In this document: piece after piece, positions 1-9,893 of the stretch
Layout of the letters: each line of letters opens with the position of its first letter
Position numbering within the stretch: position 1 is the stretch's first letter
Assembly (NCBI GenBank): GCA_031256725.1
Contig: JAIRQE010000006.1
Span: forward strand, 90,001 to 122,000
DNA length: 32,000 nucleotides
Direction: 5' to 3'
Origin: Propionibacteriaceae bacterium
GTDB lineage: Bacteria; Actinomycetota; Actinomycetes; Propionibacteriales; Propionibacteriaceae
Translations under genes and position numbers: made by a program
The notes under the pieces: model-generated
The model's input: only the letters and a program-made list of their open reading frames with translations
What the model was told of the DNA's origin: nothing
Databases searched by the model: none

Positions 1-495
1 ATCACCTATTCCCTTGTTGTTCCAGGATCACTGGTGGATGGCATGAGTTTCGAGGAATCCTACGAGTACCTGGATTCCTGGGTGATCCTTGCCCTCAAAC
101 AACTAGGGATCGAAGCCCGTTACGTACCCATCAATGACATCACCTCTCCTGCTGGAAAGATCGCTGGAGCTGCTCAAAAGAGATTGAAGGATGGTACGGT
201 CCTCCATCATGTCACCATGGCTTATGACATTGACGCTACAAAGATGTTGGAAGTCTTGAGGATTGGCCGAGAGAAGATGTCCGACAAGGGTACCAAATCC
301 GCTCAGAAGAGGGTTGACCCTTTGCGGTCCCAAACCCAGATGACCCGTGAACAGATCGTGGAGTCTTTTGTGGAGTCTTTCGCGAGCCAGTACACACTAA
401 AACTCAGCCAGGTTTCACCTGACGAGGAAGAGGCTGCCACCACCCTTGTGGAAACGAAGTTTGGTACGCAGCAGTGGCTGAATCTTGTTCCCTAA
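1..495 (+). CDS. lipoate-protein ligase family protein (LplA-like), 3' part; the 5' end lies outside the window
   Basis: Frame 1 is open from base 1 (ITYSLVVPGSL precedes the tracked Met at 34). It carries the LplA/LipB catalytic-lysine motif GKIAGAAQKR and an LplA-like KGTKSAQKRVDPL segment. Stop TAA is at 493-495. Confidence 0.75.
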   Translation: MTYSLVVPGSLVDGMSFEESYEYLDSWVILALKQLGIEARYVPINDITSPAGKIAGAAQKRLKDGTVLHHVTMAYDIDATKMLEVLRIGREKMSDKGTKSAQKRVDPLRSQTQMTREQIVESFVESFASQYTLKLSQVSPDEEEAATTLVETKFGTQQWLNLVP

Positions 496-1961
496 TCCTG
501 GGAGGGTTTCCTGACTCGACGACGACGGCGTCTCTGGGGTGAGGATGTCTTAGCCTCACCGACTTTTTCGGGTACTTCGGTCTTCTCGCGGATAACCACA
601 CCATTACTGCGGCGTTGGCGGCGACCCTCCTGGCGTTTAGCGGGTCTGCGTGCCTCGGCACCCTCACTAGCTTTCCGAGGAGTCTCTTCCTTGGCGGCTG
701 GTTGAGCTATACGCCCTGTAGAACCCTCAGGGATGCCTAAGGCTTCCAAGAGTTCAGGAGTGGTTGAGTAGGCTTCCACAGGGTCTGAGAAATCAAGGTC
801 GAGGGCCTTATTGATCATCTTCCAGCGAGGAATATCAGCCCACACTACAAGGGTCACCGCTGTACCACTACGGCCAGCCCTGCCCGTACGCCCAATGCGA
901 TGGACATAGGTTTTCTCGTCATCAGGGCAGTCAAAGTTCACCACATGGGTCACATTGTCTACATCGATTCCTCGGGCAGCCACATCTGTACAGACGATGG
1001 CTTGAGCCTTCCCTGCTCGGAATTTCGCCAGGGATCGTTCACGAACAATTTGGCTCAGGTCTCCATGGATGGAGGTCACCTTGAATCCACGTTCGGTCAG
1101 ATCATCACTGAGACGCTGAACATCACGCTTGGTGGTACAAAAGATCATCATCCGGGTAGCCTCAGGATTTTGGAGAAGCTTGCCCACAATGGCGGGCTTA
1201 TCCAGATCATGGGCCTGGTAGACGAACTGTGTCGTCGCTGGAACGGTAGTGGCCTCGTGGCTGGTTTCAGCGCGGATATTGATCGGCTGATTGAGGTGGG
1301 TTCGAGCCAGTGTCATGATTGCCGAAGGCATGGTAGCCGAAAAGAGCATGGTCTGACGTTGTTTCGGTATGAAGGAGATCAGCTTCTCCACATCAGGGAG
1401 GAAACCCAGATCCAGCATCACATCAGCCTCATCAAGAACTAGGACGCTCACTGCACTGAGATCAAGATTGCGACGATTCACAAGGTCAAGGAGACGCCCG
1501 GGGGTACCCACAACAACATCGACTCCGCTAGCCAACTGATCAAGTTGGGGTTCGTATCCAACCCCGCCATACACGGTCACAATTGTGGCTTTGCCTGCGG
1601 AAGCTACTGTGAGGTCACCATTGACTTGGAGTGCAAGTTCACGAGTGGGGCACATCACCAATGCCTGTGGTCTAGAGTCCGGGGCAGGAAGGGTGATTCT
1701 CTCAAGAATGGGTAGGCCGAAGGCGAGGGTTTTCCCCGTACCAGTACGCGCCTGACCGATGAGGTCCGTGCCCTTTACTGCGATTGGAATGGACTGCATT
1801 TGTATGGGGAAAGGATATGTGATTCCTTCTGCAGCAAGTGCATCTACAAAGGCTGGGTTGATGCCGAGGTCGGCAAATGTCAGTGTTGATTCGGACAGGG
1901 TTCTCACCTTCAAAGTGTCCGCGCGAGGGCGCGATTCATAGTCTTTCAGGGCATTCACCAA
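492..1961 (-). CDS. DEAD-box ATP-dependent RNA helicase
   Basis: Helicase motifs present: Q motif (TFADLGI..PFPIQ), motif I ARTGTGKT, Ia PTRELA, TPGRL, II VLDEAD, III SAT, VI HRIGRTGRAG. The C-terminal tail is Arg/Lys-rich. Start is TTG/GTG at 1961/1958. The stop overlaps the lplA stop within CTAA 492-495. Confidence 0.9.
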   Translation of the reverse strand: MVNALKDYESRPRADTLKVRTLSESTLTFADLGINPAFVDALAAEGITYPFPIQMQSIPIAVKGTDLIGQARTGTGKTLAFGLPILERITLPAPDSRPQALVMCPTRELALQVNGDLTVASAGKATIVTVYGGVGYEPQLDQLASGVDVVVGTPGRLLDLVNRRNLDLSAVSVLVLDEADVMLDLGFLPDVEKLISFIPKQRQTMLFSATMPSAIMTLARTHLNQPINIRAETSHEATTVPATTQFVYQAHDLDKPAIVGKLLQNPEATRMMIFCTTKRDVQRLSDDLTERGFKVTSIHGDLSQIVRERSLAKFRAGKAQAIVCTDVAARGIDVDNVTHVVNFDCPDDEKTYVHRIGRTGRAGRSGTAVTLVVWADIPRWKMINKALDLDFSDPVEAYSTTPELLEALGIPEGSTGRIAQPAAKEETPRKASEGAEARRPAKRQEGRRQRRSNGVVIREKTEVPEKVGEAKTSSPQRRRRRRVRKPSQD

Positions 1962-4182
1962 GAATGCCAGCGTTTAGTCTACTCTTTTCGGAAGGATTTC
2001 TCATTATTGGCTGGAAACGGGCAATCCTGAGTGAGTTTTGGAGTACAAATATCGAAGAGAAGGCCATCGCTGCCCCAGCAATCATAGGGTTGAGGAGTCC
2101 CAGTACTGCTGCAGGAATAGCCGCAACATTGTAGGCAAAGGCCCAAAAAAGGTTGACCTTGATTCGTGAAAGGGTTTCCCTGGATAGGCGTACAGCATCT
2201 GCGGCTGCCAGCAGATCAGGGCGTACCAACGTAATATCGCTCGCTTCGATGGCTACATCGCTGCCTGATCCCATAGCGATTCCCAAGTCAGCCTGGGCTA
2301 GGGCAGCCGCATCATTAACCCCATCACCGACCATGGCAACCACATGTCCTTGTGCTTGAAGATCAGCCACGATTCGTACTTTGTCGTGGGGGAGGACCGA
2401 AGCCAGAACCTTCGCGATCCCGACCTCTTTGGCAATCCTGTGTGCCACCTCAGGATTGTCACCTGTGACGAGATGGGGGGTGAGTCCGAGTTCCCTTAAC
2501 TGGGTGACGGCTTGTTCGGAGGTTGGTTTGACGAGATCCGCAATGGTGATGAACCCCCGAATGAGGTTGTCCCATGCTACTGCCACGATGGTAGTACCAG
2601 ATCCTGTGAGATCTAACCCAGGTGGTACCTCAGCACTCTGGTTCACCCATGAAACTTGACCTACGCGTACCATTCCCAGTGAAGTCTCATCAATAATCTT
2701 TGCCTCGACCCCAAGTCCAGGATGGGATCGGAATTCTATGACCGAGGGGAGACCTGGCGGGGCGGCGGTGACGATGGCGCGGGCTATGGGATGTTCAGAG
2801 TTTGATTCCAGGGCTGCAGCCACGGTAAGGAGACGGTCTCGACTGATGTCTGCAGTGGTCACAACGTCGGCGACCGTCATTGTGCCTGTGGTGACGGTTC
2901 CTGTTTTATCGAGTACAACCGTGTCAATCTTTCGTGTTGACTCCAGAACCTGAGCCCCTTTGATGAGTATCCCCAACTGGGCACCGCGGCCTGTACCAAC
3001 CATGAGGGCTGCGGGGGTGGCGAGACCTAGGGCACAGGGGCAGGCGATGACCAGAACAGATACGGCTGCTCCGAAGGCCTGGGGTGTGTTGTGGGTTACG
3101 ATGAGCCAGATAATGAGGGTGACCACGGCGATGGCGATCACGATGGGTACGAATACCGATGAGATCCGATCAGCGAGCCGTTGAACGGGGGCCTTTCCCA
3201 TTTGGGCTTGTTCCAAGAGGCGACCCATCTGGGCGAGTTGGGTATCGGCTCCCACTCGAGTAGCTTCAACGATGAGGCGGCCATGGGTATTGAGGGTGGC
3301 TCCGACCACAAGGTCACCAGGTCCAACATCGACGGGGATAGACTCGCCAGTCAGTAGGGATTGATCCACGGCGGAATGGCCCTCAGCAACCACTCCATCA
3401 GTGGCCACCTTATCTCCAGGGCGTATCAGAAAAAGATCCCCTGGTGTCAGCTCTGTGATAGGAACAAGGAGTTCGTGACCATCGCGAATCAGGGTTGCAT
3501 CCTTGGCGCCCATATCGAGCAGGCTGCGGATAGCCTGAGAGGATCGTGTACTTGCCCGAGCCTCAAGGTAGCGCCCAAGAAGGATGAGAACCGTGAGTAC
3601 GGATGCAACCTCAAGGTAGAGCATCATGGTCGCATCCTGGCGAGAAGGCAGCCAGTGGAAAACCATCCTCATTCCAATCTGGCCGGCTTCACCGAAGAAG
3701 AGAGCATAGAGGCTCCACAGGTAGGAAGCTCCGATCCCCAAGGACACAAGAGTGTCCATGGTCGTACTCCTATGGCGCAGATTGAGGGCCATTGTACAGT
3801 GGAAACCCCAAGCACCCCAGAGGACAACTGGTGTTGTCAAACTCAGGCTCACCCACTGCCATCCTGGGAATTGAAGAACAGGAATCATGGCAAGGACAGC
3901 CACTGGAAGGGTCAACACAGCACAGATCACCAACTTTGTCAGTGACGGATGGGATGCCTCACGGAGTTCGTCTTTGTGGAGACTCGCGGAATATCCCGCT
4001 TTCTCGATGGTGGCGATGACAGTATCCACATTCAGATCTGCTGGCAGAATCACACGCGCACGGTTGGTTGCCAGATTAACTGAGGCTGAAACACCCTCAA
4101 GTTTGGTCAGTTTTTTCTCGATCCGGGCGACACATGCCGAGCAGGTCATCCCGCCGATATCGAGGTCGATTTCAGTTGACAC
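1936..4182 (-). CDS. copA: copper-translocating P1B-type ATPase
   Basis: Motifs present: HMA motif GMTCSACV, TGES, membrane CPC (ACPCALGLATP), DKTGT, SEHPIA, GDGVNDAAAL. The longest ORF reaches 4305 but would then overlap the divergent mgsA start. GTG at 4182, preceded by GGAAGA, is my preferred start; the start remains uncertain. Confidence 0.85.
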   Translation of the reverse strand: MSTEIDLDIGGMTCSACVARIEKKLTKLEGVSASVNLATNRARVILPADLNVDTVIATIEKAGYSASLHKDELREASHPSLTKLVICAVLTLPVAVLAMIPVLQFPGWQWVSLSLTTPVVLWGAWGFHCTMALNLRHRSTTMDTLVSLGIGASYLWSLYALFFGEAGQIGMRMVFHWLPSRQDATMMLYLEVASVLTVLILLGRYLEARASTRSSQAIRSLLDMGAKDATLIRDGHELLVPITELTPGDLFLIRPGDKVATDGVVAEGHSAVDQSLLTGESIPVDVGPGDLVVGATLNTHGRLIVEATRVGADTQLAQMGRLLEQAQMGKAPVQRLADRISSVFVPIVIAIAVVTLIIWLIVTHNTPQAFGAAVSVLVIACPCALGLATPAALMVGTGRGAQLGILIKGAQVLESTRKIDTVVLDKTGTVTTGTMTVADVVTTADISRDRLLTVAAALESNSEHPIARAIVTAAPPGLPSVIEFRSHPGLGVEAKIIDETSLGMVRVGQVSWVNQSAEVPPGLDLTGSGTTIVAVAWDNLIRGFITIADLVKPTSEQAVTQLRELGLTPHLVTGDNPEVAHRIAKEVGIAKVLASVLPHDKVRIVADLQAQGHVVAMVGDGVNDAAALAQADLGIAMGSGSDVAIEASDITLVRPDLLAAADAVRLSRETLSRIKVNLFWAFAYNVAAIPAAVLGLLNPMIAGAAMAFSSIFVLQNSLRIARFQPIMRNPSEKSRLNAGILGECPERL

Positions 4183-4283
4183 GATACTAATTCTTCCATG
4201 CGTGGATGCTAATGATTTGAAAACAGTAGGTACGATGGGTCGTTTGCCGTGAGAGAATTGAATGAACTCGGATTGGAGCCGAC

Positions 4284-4733
4284 ATGAGAATTGGTCTCGT
4301 TGCACACGATGATAGGAAGGGTGCCCTCATGGAGTGGTGCGCCTTCAACAGGGGCACTTTAGCGAAGCATGATTTATGGGCGACTGGTACCACTGGTACC
4401 CTCCTCGAACACGAAATCGGACTTAAGGTTAACCGACTATTGTCTGGTCCCAAGGGTGGGGATCAACAGGTTGGTGCAATGATCGCAACCGCAACCCTGG
4501 ATGTTCTCTTCTTCTTTTGGGATCCTGAATCCCCTCAACCTCATGACCCCGACGTGAAGGCCCTCTTGCGTCTGGCCACCCTATGGAATGCGCCCACTGC
4601 ATGTAATACTGCCACCGCAGACATGATCATTTCTTCGCCACTGTTCGCCAGTGACTATAAGCCTCGCAAGCCCGATATGCCTGATCGTGAGATCCGGGTG
4701 GATCGTGACGGAAAGATCCTGATCTACGAGTAA
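4284..4733 (+). CDS. mgsA: methylglyoxal synthase
   Basis: Recalled E. coli MgsA similarity runs through most of the protein: LVAHD..K, ATGTTG, [13 protein letters not shown], [22 protein letters not shown]. Confidence 0.9.
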   Translation: MRIGLVAHDDRKGALMEWCAFNRGTLAKHDLWATGTTGTLLEHEIGLKVNRLLSGPKGGDQQVGAMIATATLDVLFFFWDPESPQPHDPDVKALLRLATLWNAPTACNTATADMIISSPLFASDYKPRKPDMPDREIRVDRDGKILIYE

Positions 4734-4740
4734 ACCTGGG

Positions 4741-5289
4741 CTAGATCTTTTGGATCTTTCTACGCATGACGTAGTCATCCATGACATACCCTCCGCCTAT
4801 GTCCGTTACGATAGGTTCTTCCAGACTGAAACCCAGCTTGGTATAAGCATCGATGGAGGCTTTATTGCCCTTGTGGACAGTGAGGGAGATCGTATCCACA
4901 TCCGGGCGAGACTGGAAACCCCATGAATCCAACTCGGCGAGGAATAGTCGAGAGATTCCGAGTCCGCGATAGTTCTTGGCAATATAGAGTTTCGAGAGGA
5001 ATAGGCTCTCGTCTTCTTCGCAGGCACCACAGTATCCAGCAGGTACTCCGTCTACCTCGGCTATCCAATAGCGAAAGCTTTTGGTGCAAATGGAGTCTGA
5101 GATGTACTCAGGCGACTGAAAATGGGTAATCATATAGTCCACTTGGGCGGGGCCAATCATGGGAGTGTAGTACTCAGTCCAGATCTGATGTGCCAAAGTG
5201 GCGAGGATCTCCACATCCGAGGAGATCTCCTGTGCAAGATCTGGTTTATTGTCGGCGAACCAAGCGACTGGCCGTATAACTATCTCCAT
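4741..5289 (-). CDS. GNAT family N-acetyltransferase
   Basis: Acetyl-CoA binding signature YIAKNYRGLGISRLFL (Q/RxxGxG/A type). The ORF extends to 5388, but ATG at 5289 (MEIVIRP) follows a GGAGAGGAAAAC ribosome-binding site. Confidence 0.75.
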   Translation of the reverse strand: MEIVIRPVAWFADNKPDLAQEISSDVEILATLAHQIWTEYYTPMIGPAQVDYMITHFQSPEYISDSICTKSFRYWIAEVDGVPAGYCGACEEDESLFLSKLYIAKNYRGLGISRLFLAELDSWGFQSRPDVDTISLTVHKGNKASIDAYTKLGFSLEEPIVTDIGGGYVMDDYVMRRKIQKI

Positions 5290-5420
5290 GTTTTCCTCTC
5301 CGAAGGAATGGTATCTCAAGTTGATGGGAGGGGTTCGCGAGTGTTCAAACTGTGGGTTTTCTGACCTGCTGGTTCTGGGTGAGTTCATGAATCGGTACGG
5401 TGATCGGTATCCTTGTCCCT

Positions 5421-8400
5421 ATGCCCTCTCGCTTGTCTCTTCGCTCAGTTCTCGGTTCGCGTACCCTGATTGCCGATGGAGGCATGGGTACAATGCTCCA
5501 GCGTTATGACTTGTCACTCGAGGATTTTTCAGGGTACGAGGGTTGCAACGAGATGCTGAGCCTGACCCATCCTGAGATTGTGGGAGCGATCCACAGGGAG
5601 TATTTCGAAGCCGGGTCAGACCTTGTTACTACGAATACCTTTGGCGCGAATCTATCCGCTTTGAGGGAGTACGACCTTGAGAACCGTATCGAAGAATTAG
5701 CTCAGGCCGGTGCTCGGATTGCACGGGAGATCGCTGATGAACTCAGTACACCCCAGCGGCCTCGGTGGGTTTTGGGATCCATGGGGCCTGGTACGAAGCT
5801 GGCGAGCCTTGGGCAGATCACCTATCGAGAGTTGCGGGACAGTTACGCCCTTCAGGCGGCAGGGATGGTACGTGGGGGAGTCGATGCCGTCCTGGTTGAG
5901 ACCAGCCAGGATATTCTCTGTGTACGAGCAGCTGTCGCTGGTGCCAAACGCGCTATTGCCGAGGCGGGTGTGGATTGTCCTGTCCTCGTTTCGGTGACCA
6001 TGGAAACCACAGGAACCATGTTGGTGGGATCGGATATTTCTGCGGTGGTTGCCAGTGTCGCATCCTTGGGGATCGATGGTCTTGGTTTGAATTGTGCGAC
6101 TGGCCCCGAGGACATGCGTAACTACCTGCGTCAGTTGGCTGACTTGAGTCCCGTCCCTCTCACATGTATGCCCAATGCTGGGATGCCAGTCTTGAGTGAT
6201 GATGGTGCCTATTATCCGCTGGGTGCTGAAGAATTCGCTGGGATCATGAGGTCCTTTGTGGACACCTATGGGTTGGCCCTCGTGGGTGGCTGCTGTGGTA
6301 CGACACCCGATCACATACGCGCTGTAGCTGGCGCGTTGCGTGAGAATAGTCTGGATGCTGCGACTAACGCGCAGCATGACGGGGCACAGTTGCAGCATGA
6401 CGGGGGTTCGTCTCTCCGCCCAGAGGGTTCGTCATTCTGCGCACTGCAACTTCGCGCAGCACAAGCTTTGTCGCAGAATCCAGACACCGACTCCCACTCA
6501 TCTGGCTGGGTCTCATCCCTGTACTCTGCAACGTCCATTGCTCAAGAGATCTCCTACCTCTCCATTGGTGAACGTACAAACGCTTCAGGTTCCAAGGCGT
6601 TCCGTGAAGCCCTCCTTGCCGCAGACTGGGATAAGTGCGTGGATATCGCCAGAGGCCAAGCAGCCGAGGGGGCCCATGTACTTGATCTCTGCGTTGACTA
6701 TGTGGGACGCGATGGTCGTACAGATATGGCTGAACTTGCTTCACGGATCTCGCGGGAAGTCGATATCCCCCTCCAGATCGATTCCTCCGATCCTGAAGTC
6801 ATCCGCATAGGTCTGGAGAACACCCCAGGCCGAGCAATCGTGAACTCGGTAAACCTGGAATCAGGTACAGGCCCCGGGTCAAAGTTCACGGCAACTATGG
6901 ATGCAGTACGAGAACACGGAGCCGCAGTCGTTGCATTGTGCATCGATGAGGAGGGGCAGGCTCGTACTGCTGAAGGAAAGCTGGCCATCGCAAGACGAAT
7001 AATTTCCATCCTGACAAGCGACTATGGGATGGATGAGCGCGACATCATCATTGACCCTCTTACCTTCCCGGTGGCGACCGGCCAAGATGATGCACGACGG
7101 GATGCCCTCAACACGATGGAAGCCCTCGCCCTGATCAAAGCTGAATTCCCTCAGGTACACACAGGACTCGGGGTTTCCAATGTCTCCTTCGGCCTCAAAC
7201 CGGCTGCCCGGGTTGTTCTCAACTCGATCTTTTTGAATGAATGCCGCACACATGGACTGGATACTGGGATCGTACCTCCGGCCCGAATCCTGCCGCTGTC
7301 GCAGATCCCGGAAGACCAAGCTCAGGCAGCACTTGATGTGATTCTCGACAACCGTAGTGACGGTGATCCTGTTGAGAGGTTTGTGTCGATGTTCGAGGGT
7401 GCTGCAGCGAGGGCCCAGGCGGTGATCGAGAAATCACTACCCATCGAAGAGCGTCTGCGTCGACACATTGTTGGCGGGGTGGTTGCCGGTTTGGAGACCG
7501 ATCTCACAGTTGCTTTGGAGTCGAAGACTGCTGTACAGATCATCAACGAGGATCTTTTGGGTGCGATGAAAGAGGTGGGGGAGGCCTTCGGTGCTGGCCG
7601 GATGCAGCTTCCCTTTGTACTCAAATCTGCAGAGGTGATGAAGAAGTCGGTGACCTTCTTGGAGCCTTACCTGGATCGTGTGGATGGGGCGACCAAGGGA
7701 ACATTGGTCTTGGCGACTGTACGCGGGGATGTCCACGATATTGGCAAGAATTTGGTGGACATCATCTTGACGAACAACGGTTATCGGGTCGTGAACCTGG
7801 GGATCAAACAACCCATTGCCGACATCATTTCCGCTGCTGAAGAGGTGGGTGCTGATGCCATCGGCATGTCGGGATTATTGGTGAAATCCACCCAGATCAT
7901 GAAAGAGAACCTTGAAGAGTTGAACGAGCTTGGTCTGGGGCTTCGTTATCCTGTACTCCTTGGTGGTGCCGCGCTGACTAGGGCTTATGTTGAGGGCGAC
8001 CTGAACGAGGTCTATACCGGAGAAGTACGCTACGCCCATGATGCCTTCGAGGGTTTGGCCCTCATGGATGCCGTTATGGCGACCAAGGATGGGGCAGGGG
8101 AACTGCCGACCACCCGGGTGCGATCAGTTGCTCCCGCCCAACATTTGGAACCGGTCACAACACGATCGACAATCACGCGTCCCATTCCAGGACAGGTGGA
8201 GGTTTCCGTACTGCCATTCACAGGGGTACGAGAAGGCCGAGCAACCCTGGACGAGGTAGTACCATTTCTCGACAAGCGGGCCCTCTTCGCAGCCCAATGG
8301 GGTTTGAAATCGTCCAAGGATGGCCCTAGTTATGAGGACTTGGTCGCCAGTGAGGGTGAACCACGTTTGGCCTGGTGGATTGATCTACTTGCGGAGGAGT

Positions 8401-8945
8401 CGCTGTTGGATTTCCAGGTTGTATGGGGGTACTGGCCATGTTTCTCGCGTGGTAACGACCTCGTTCTCGTGGATCAGCCCCAGTCTTTCCATTTCCCGCG
8501 CCAGTCTTCGGGAAACCATCTGTGTCTTGCGGATTACTTCCGTGATGAGGCTGAGATGAACCAGTACGGCCCCGATGTTGTTGGATTCCAACTCGTCACC
8601 GTCGGCGAGCAGATCAGCCAGCGTACGGCAGAACTCTTCAAGGCTGATGCCTATCGTGATTATTACGAACTCCATGGGTTATCTGTACAACTTACTGAAG
8701 CTTTCGCTGAGTTCTGGCATACAACAGTGAGGGATGAATTGGGGATTAGTGCATCGTCTGGTGAACGGTACTCCTTTGGTTACCCATCCTGCCCAGACCT
8801 CTCCCAACGCCAAGGGATCATTGAGCTACTCAAGCCGGAAACCATTGGAGTGACTCTTTCTGAGGAGTACCAACTCCATCCAGAACAATCCACAGACGCG
8901 ATGATCCTTCATCATCCCGAAGCCCACTATTTCTCCGTGAGGTGA
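5421..8945 (+). CDS. metH: cobalamin-dependent methionine synthase
   Basis: Four modules are recognisable. The Hcy-binding module has GGCCGTTPDHI. The pterin-binding module has GERTNASGSKAFRE. The B12-binding module has DVHDIGKN and SGLL. A C-terminal AdoMet reactivation domain follows. Start is either ATG 5421 or GTG 5400. Confidence 0.92.
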   Translation: MPSRLSLRSVLGSRTLIADGGMGTMLQRYDLSLEDFSGYEGCNEMLSLTHPEIVGAIHREYFEAGSDLVTTNTFGANLSALREYDLENRIEELAQAGARIAREIADELSTPQRPRWVLGSMGPGTKLASLGQITYRELRDSYALQAAGMVRGGVDAVLVETSQDILCVRAAVAGAKRAIAEAGVDCPVLVSVTMETTGTMLVGSDISAVVASVASLGIDGLGLNCATGPEDMRNYLRQLADLSPVPLTCMPNAGMPVLSDDGAYYPLGAEEFAGIMRSFVDTYGLALVGGCCGTTPDHIRAVAGALRENSLDAATNAQHDGAQLQHDGGSSLRPEGSSFCALQLRAAQALSQNPDTDSHSSGWVSSLYSATSIAQEISYLSIGERTNASGSKAFREALLAADWDKCVDIARGQAAEGAHVLDLCVDYVGRDGRTDMAELASRISREVDIPLQIDSSDPEVIRIGLENTPGRAIVNSVNLESGTGPGSKFTATMDAVREHGAAVVALCIDEEGQARTAEGKLAIARRIISILTSDYGMDERDIIIDPLTFPVATGQDDARRDALNTMEALALIKAEFPQVHTGLGVSNVSFGLKPAARVVLNSIFLNECRTHGLDTGIVPPARILPLSQIPEDQAQAALDVILDNRSDGDPVERFVSMFEGAAARAQAVIEKSLPIEERLRRHIVGGVVAGLETDLTVALESKTAVQIINEDLLGAMKEVGEAFGAGRMQLPFVLKSAEVMKKSVTFLEPYLDRVDGATKGTLVLATVRGDVHDIGKNLVDIILTNNGYRVVNLGIKQPIADIISAAEEVGADAIGMSGLLVKSTQIMKENLEELNELGLGLRYPVLLGGAALTRAYVEGDLNEVYTGEVRYAHDAFEGLALMDAVMATKDGAGELPTTRVRSVAPAQHLEPVTTRSTITRPIPGQVEVSVLPFTGVREGRATLDEVVPFLDKRALFAAQWGLKSSKDGPSYEDLVASEGEPRLAWWIDLLAEESLLDFQVVWGYWPCFSRGNDLVLVDQPQSFHFPRQSSGNHLCLADYFRDEAEMNQYGPDVVGFQLVTVGEQISQRTAELFKADAYRDYYELHGLSVQLTEAFAEFWHTTVRDELGISASSGERYSFGYPSCPDLSQRQGIIELLKPETIGVTLSEEYQLHPEQSTDAMILHHPEAHYFSVR

Positions 8946-9874
8946 CCATGACAGATCTGATACTCCCTCTATCCGGCGTGCGGCGAGGCCCCCTTGTGGC
9001 AGGTGAACGAGTAAGCATCACCAACCCGAAGGGCCGCCGCTATTCTGTACTCCTCAAAGAGGGTGGGCAATTCCACTCAACCAAGGGGATCATCAACCAT
9101 GACGATCTCATCGGCAAGACTGAGGGGATCGTCGTCAACTCTACGGGCGGGGTGCCCCATATTGTGATGCGCCCAATCCTGGAAGAGTTCACGGTCTCTA
9201 TGCCGCGAGGGGCGACTGTCATCTATCCTAAGGATGCCTCCTATATCTTGATGTACACCGACATCTTTCCTGGGGCGCGTGTCTTGGAAGCCGGAGCTGG
9301 ATCTGGTGGGCTCTCGATTTCTCTTCTGCGTGGAATAGGGCCAGAAGGCAAGCTATACTCCTATGAACGCCGAGAGGATTTTGCAGAGACGGCAAGGAAA
9401 AACGTCGAGCAGTTCTATGGCGGTCCTCATCCAGCGTGGACCCTCCAGGTTGGGGATCTTGTTGAATCCTATGCAGGCGAAAAGGTGGATCGGGTTATCT
9501 TGGACATGCTCGCTCCCTGGGAGTGTATTGACACTGTTCATACGGCCCTTGAACCTGGTGGATGGCTCTGCTGTTATGTGGCCACGACGACTCAGATGGG
9601 TCGTACCATGGACACTATCCGTACCCATGGTGGCTGGGTTGAACCCCGCTCTATTGAAGTGAACCTACGAGAGTGGCATGCTGAAGGTTTGGCCATCCGA
9701 CCTGGCCACGCTGGCCGGGGGCACACGGGTTTCATTATCCACGCTCGTCGATTGGCGGATGGGGTACAGGCCCCCATCAAGCGTAGGCGTCCCGCTCCTG
9801 GAGCATATGGTTCGGATTATTCTGGCCCGCGTCCCCCCGGAGTGGAGGAGTACGATTCATACTCAGCGCAGTAG
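8942..9874 (+). CDS. trmI: tRNA (adenine58-N1)-methyltransferase
   Basis: SAM-binding EAGAGSGGLS followed by LYSYERREDFAETARKN, resembling the mycobacterial Rv2118c-type TrmI. The GTG at 8942 overlaps the metH stop (GTGA); ATG 8948 is an alternative start. Confidence 0.85.
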   Translation: MTMTDLILPLSGVRRGPLVAGERVSITNPKGRRYSVLLKEGGQFHSTKGIINHDDLIGKTEGIVVNSTGGVPHIVMRPILEEFTVSMPRGATVIYPKDASYILMYTDIFPGARVLEAGAGSGGLSISLLRGIGPEGKLYSYERREDFAETARKNVEQFYGGPHPAWTLQVGDLVESYAGEKVDRVILDMLAPWECIDTVHTALEPGGWLCCYVATTTQMGRTMDTIRTHGGWVEPRSIEVNLREWHAEGLAIRPGHAGRGHTGFIIHARRLADGVQAPIKRRRPAPGAYGSDYSGPRPPGVEEYDSYSAQ

Positions 9875-9893
9875 GGACCGATATACTGCACCT

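Noticed and set aside
492-495. Convergent genes with overlapping stop codons: CTAA at 492-495, and CTAG at 24891-24894.
   Set aside because: The overlaps are real but are a simple consequence of a compact genome. I saw no evidence of a special regulatory role.
900-1442. Many tracked ORFs lie antisense to, or out of frame within, large well-supported genes. Examples are 900-1442 (+), 3361-3945 (+), 5697-6398 (-), 6879-7319 (-), 11458-11994 (-), 12621-13007 (-), 14277-14681 (-), 16718-17156 (+), 20299-20667 (-), 21443-21838 (-), 22133-22591 (-), 23642-24076 (-) and 26930-27346 (+).
   Set aside because: They show no recognisable motifs and their composition is skewed (Arg/Ser/Pro/Gly-rich) as expected for shadow frames. 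Each is fully covered by a gene with strong family signatures on the other strand or frame.
4183-4305. A 41-codon N-terminal extension of the Cu-ATPase ORF.
   Set aside because: It would overlap the divergently transcribed mgsA start by 22 nt. It lies upstream of the HMA domain and has no recognisable features. A GTG with a ribosome-binding site at 4182 is more plausible.
9678-9893. A 72-codon extension of the MurT-like ORF overlapping the 3' end of trmI.
   Set aside because: It lies in an alternative frame of trmI coding sequence. The MurT-like similarity starts at ATG 9894, just after the trmI stop.
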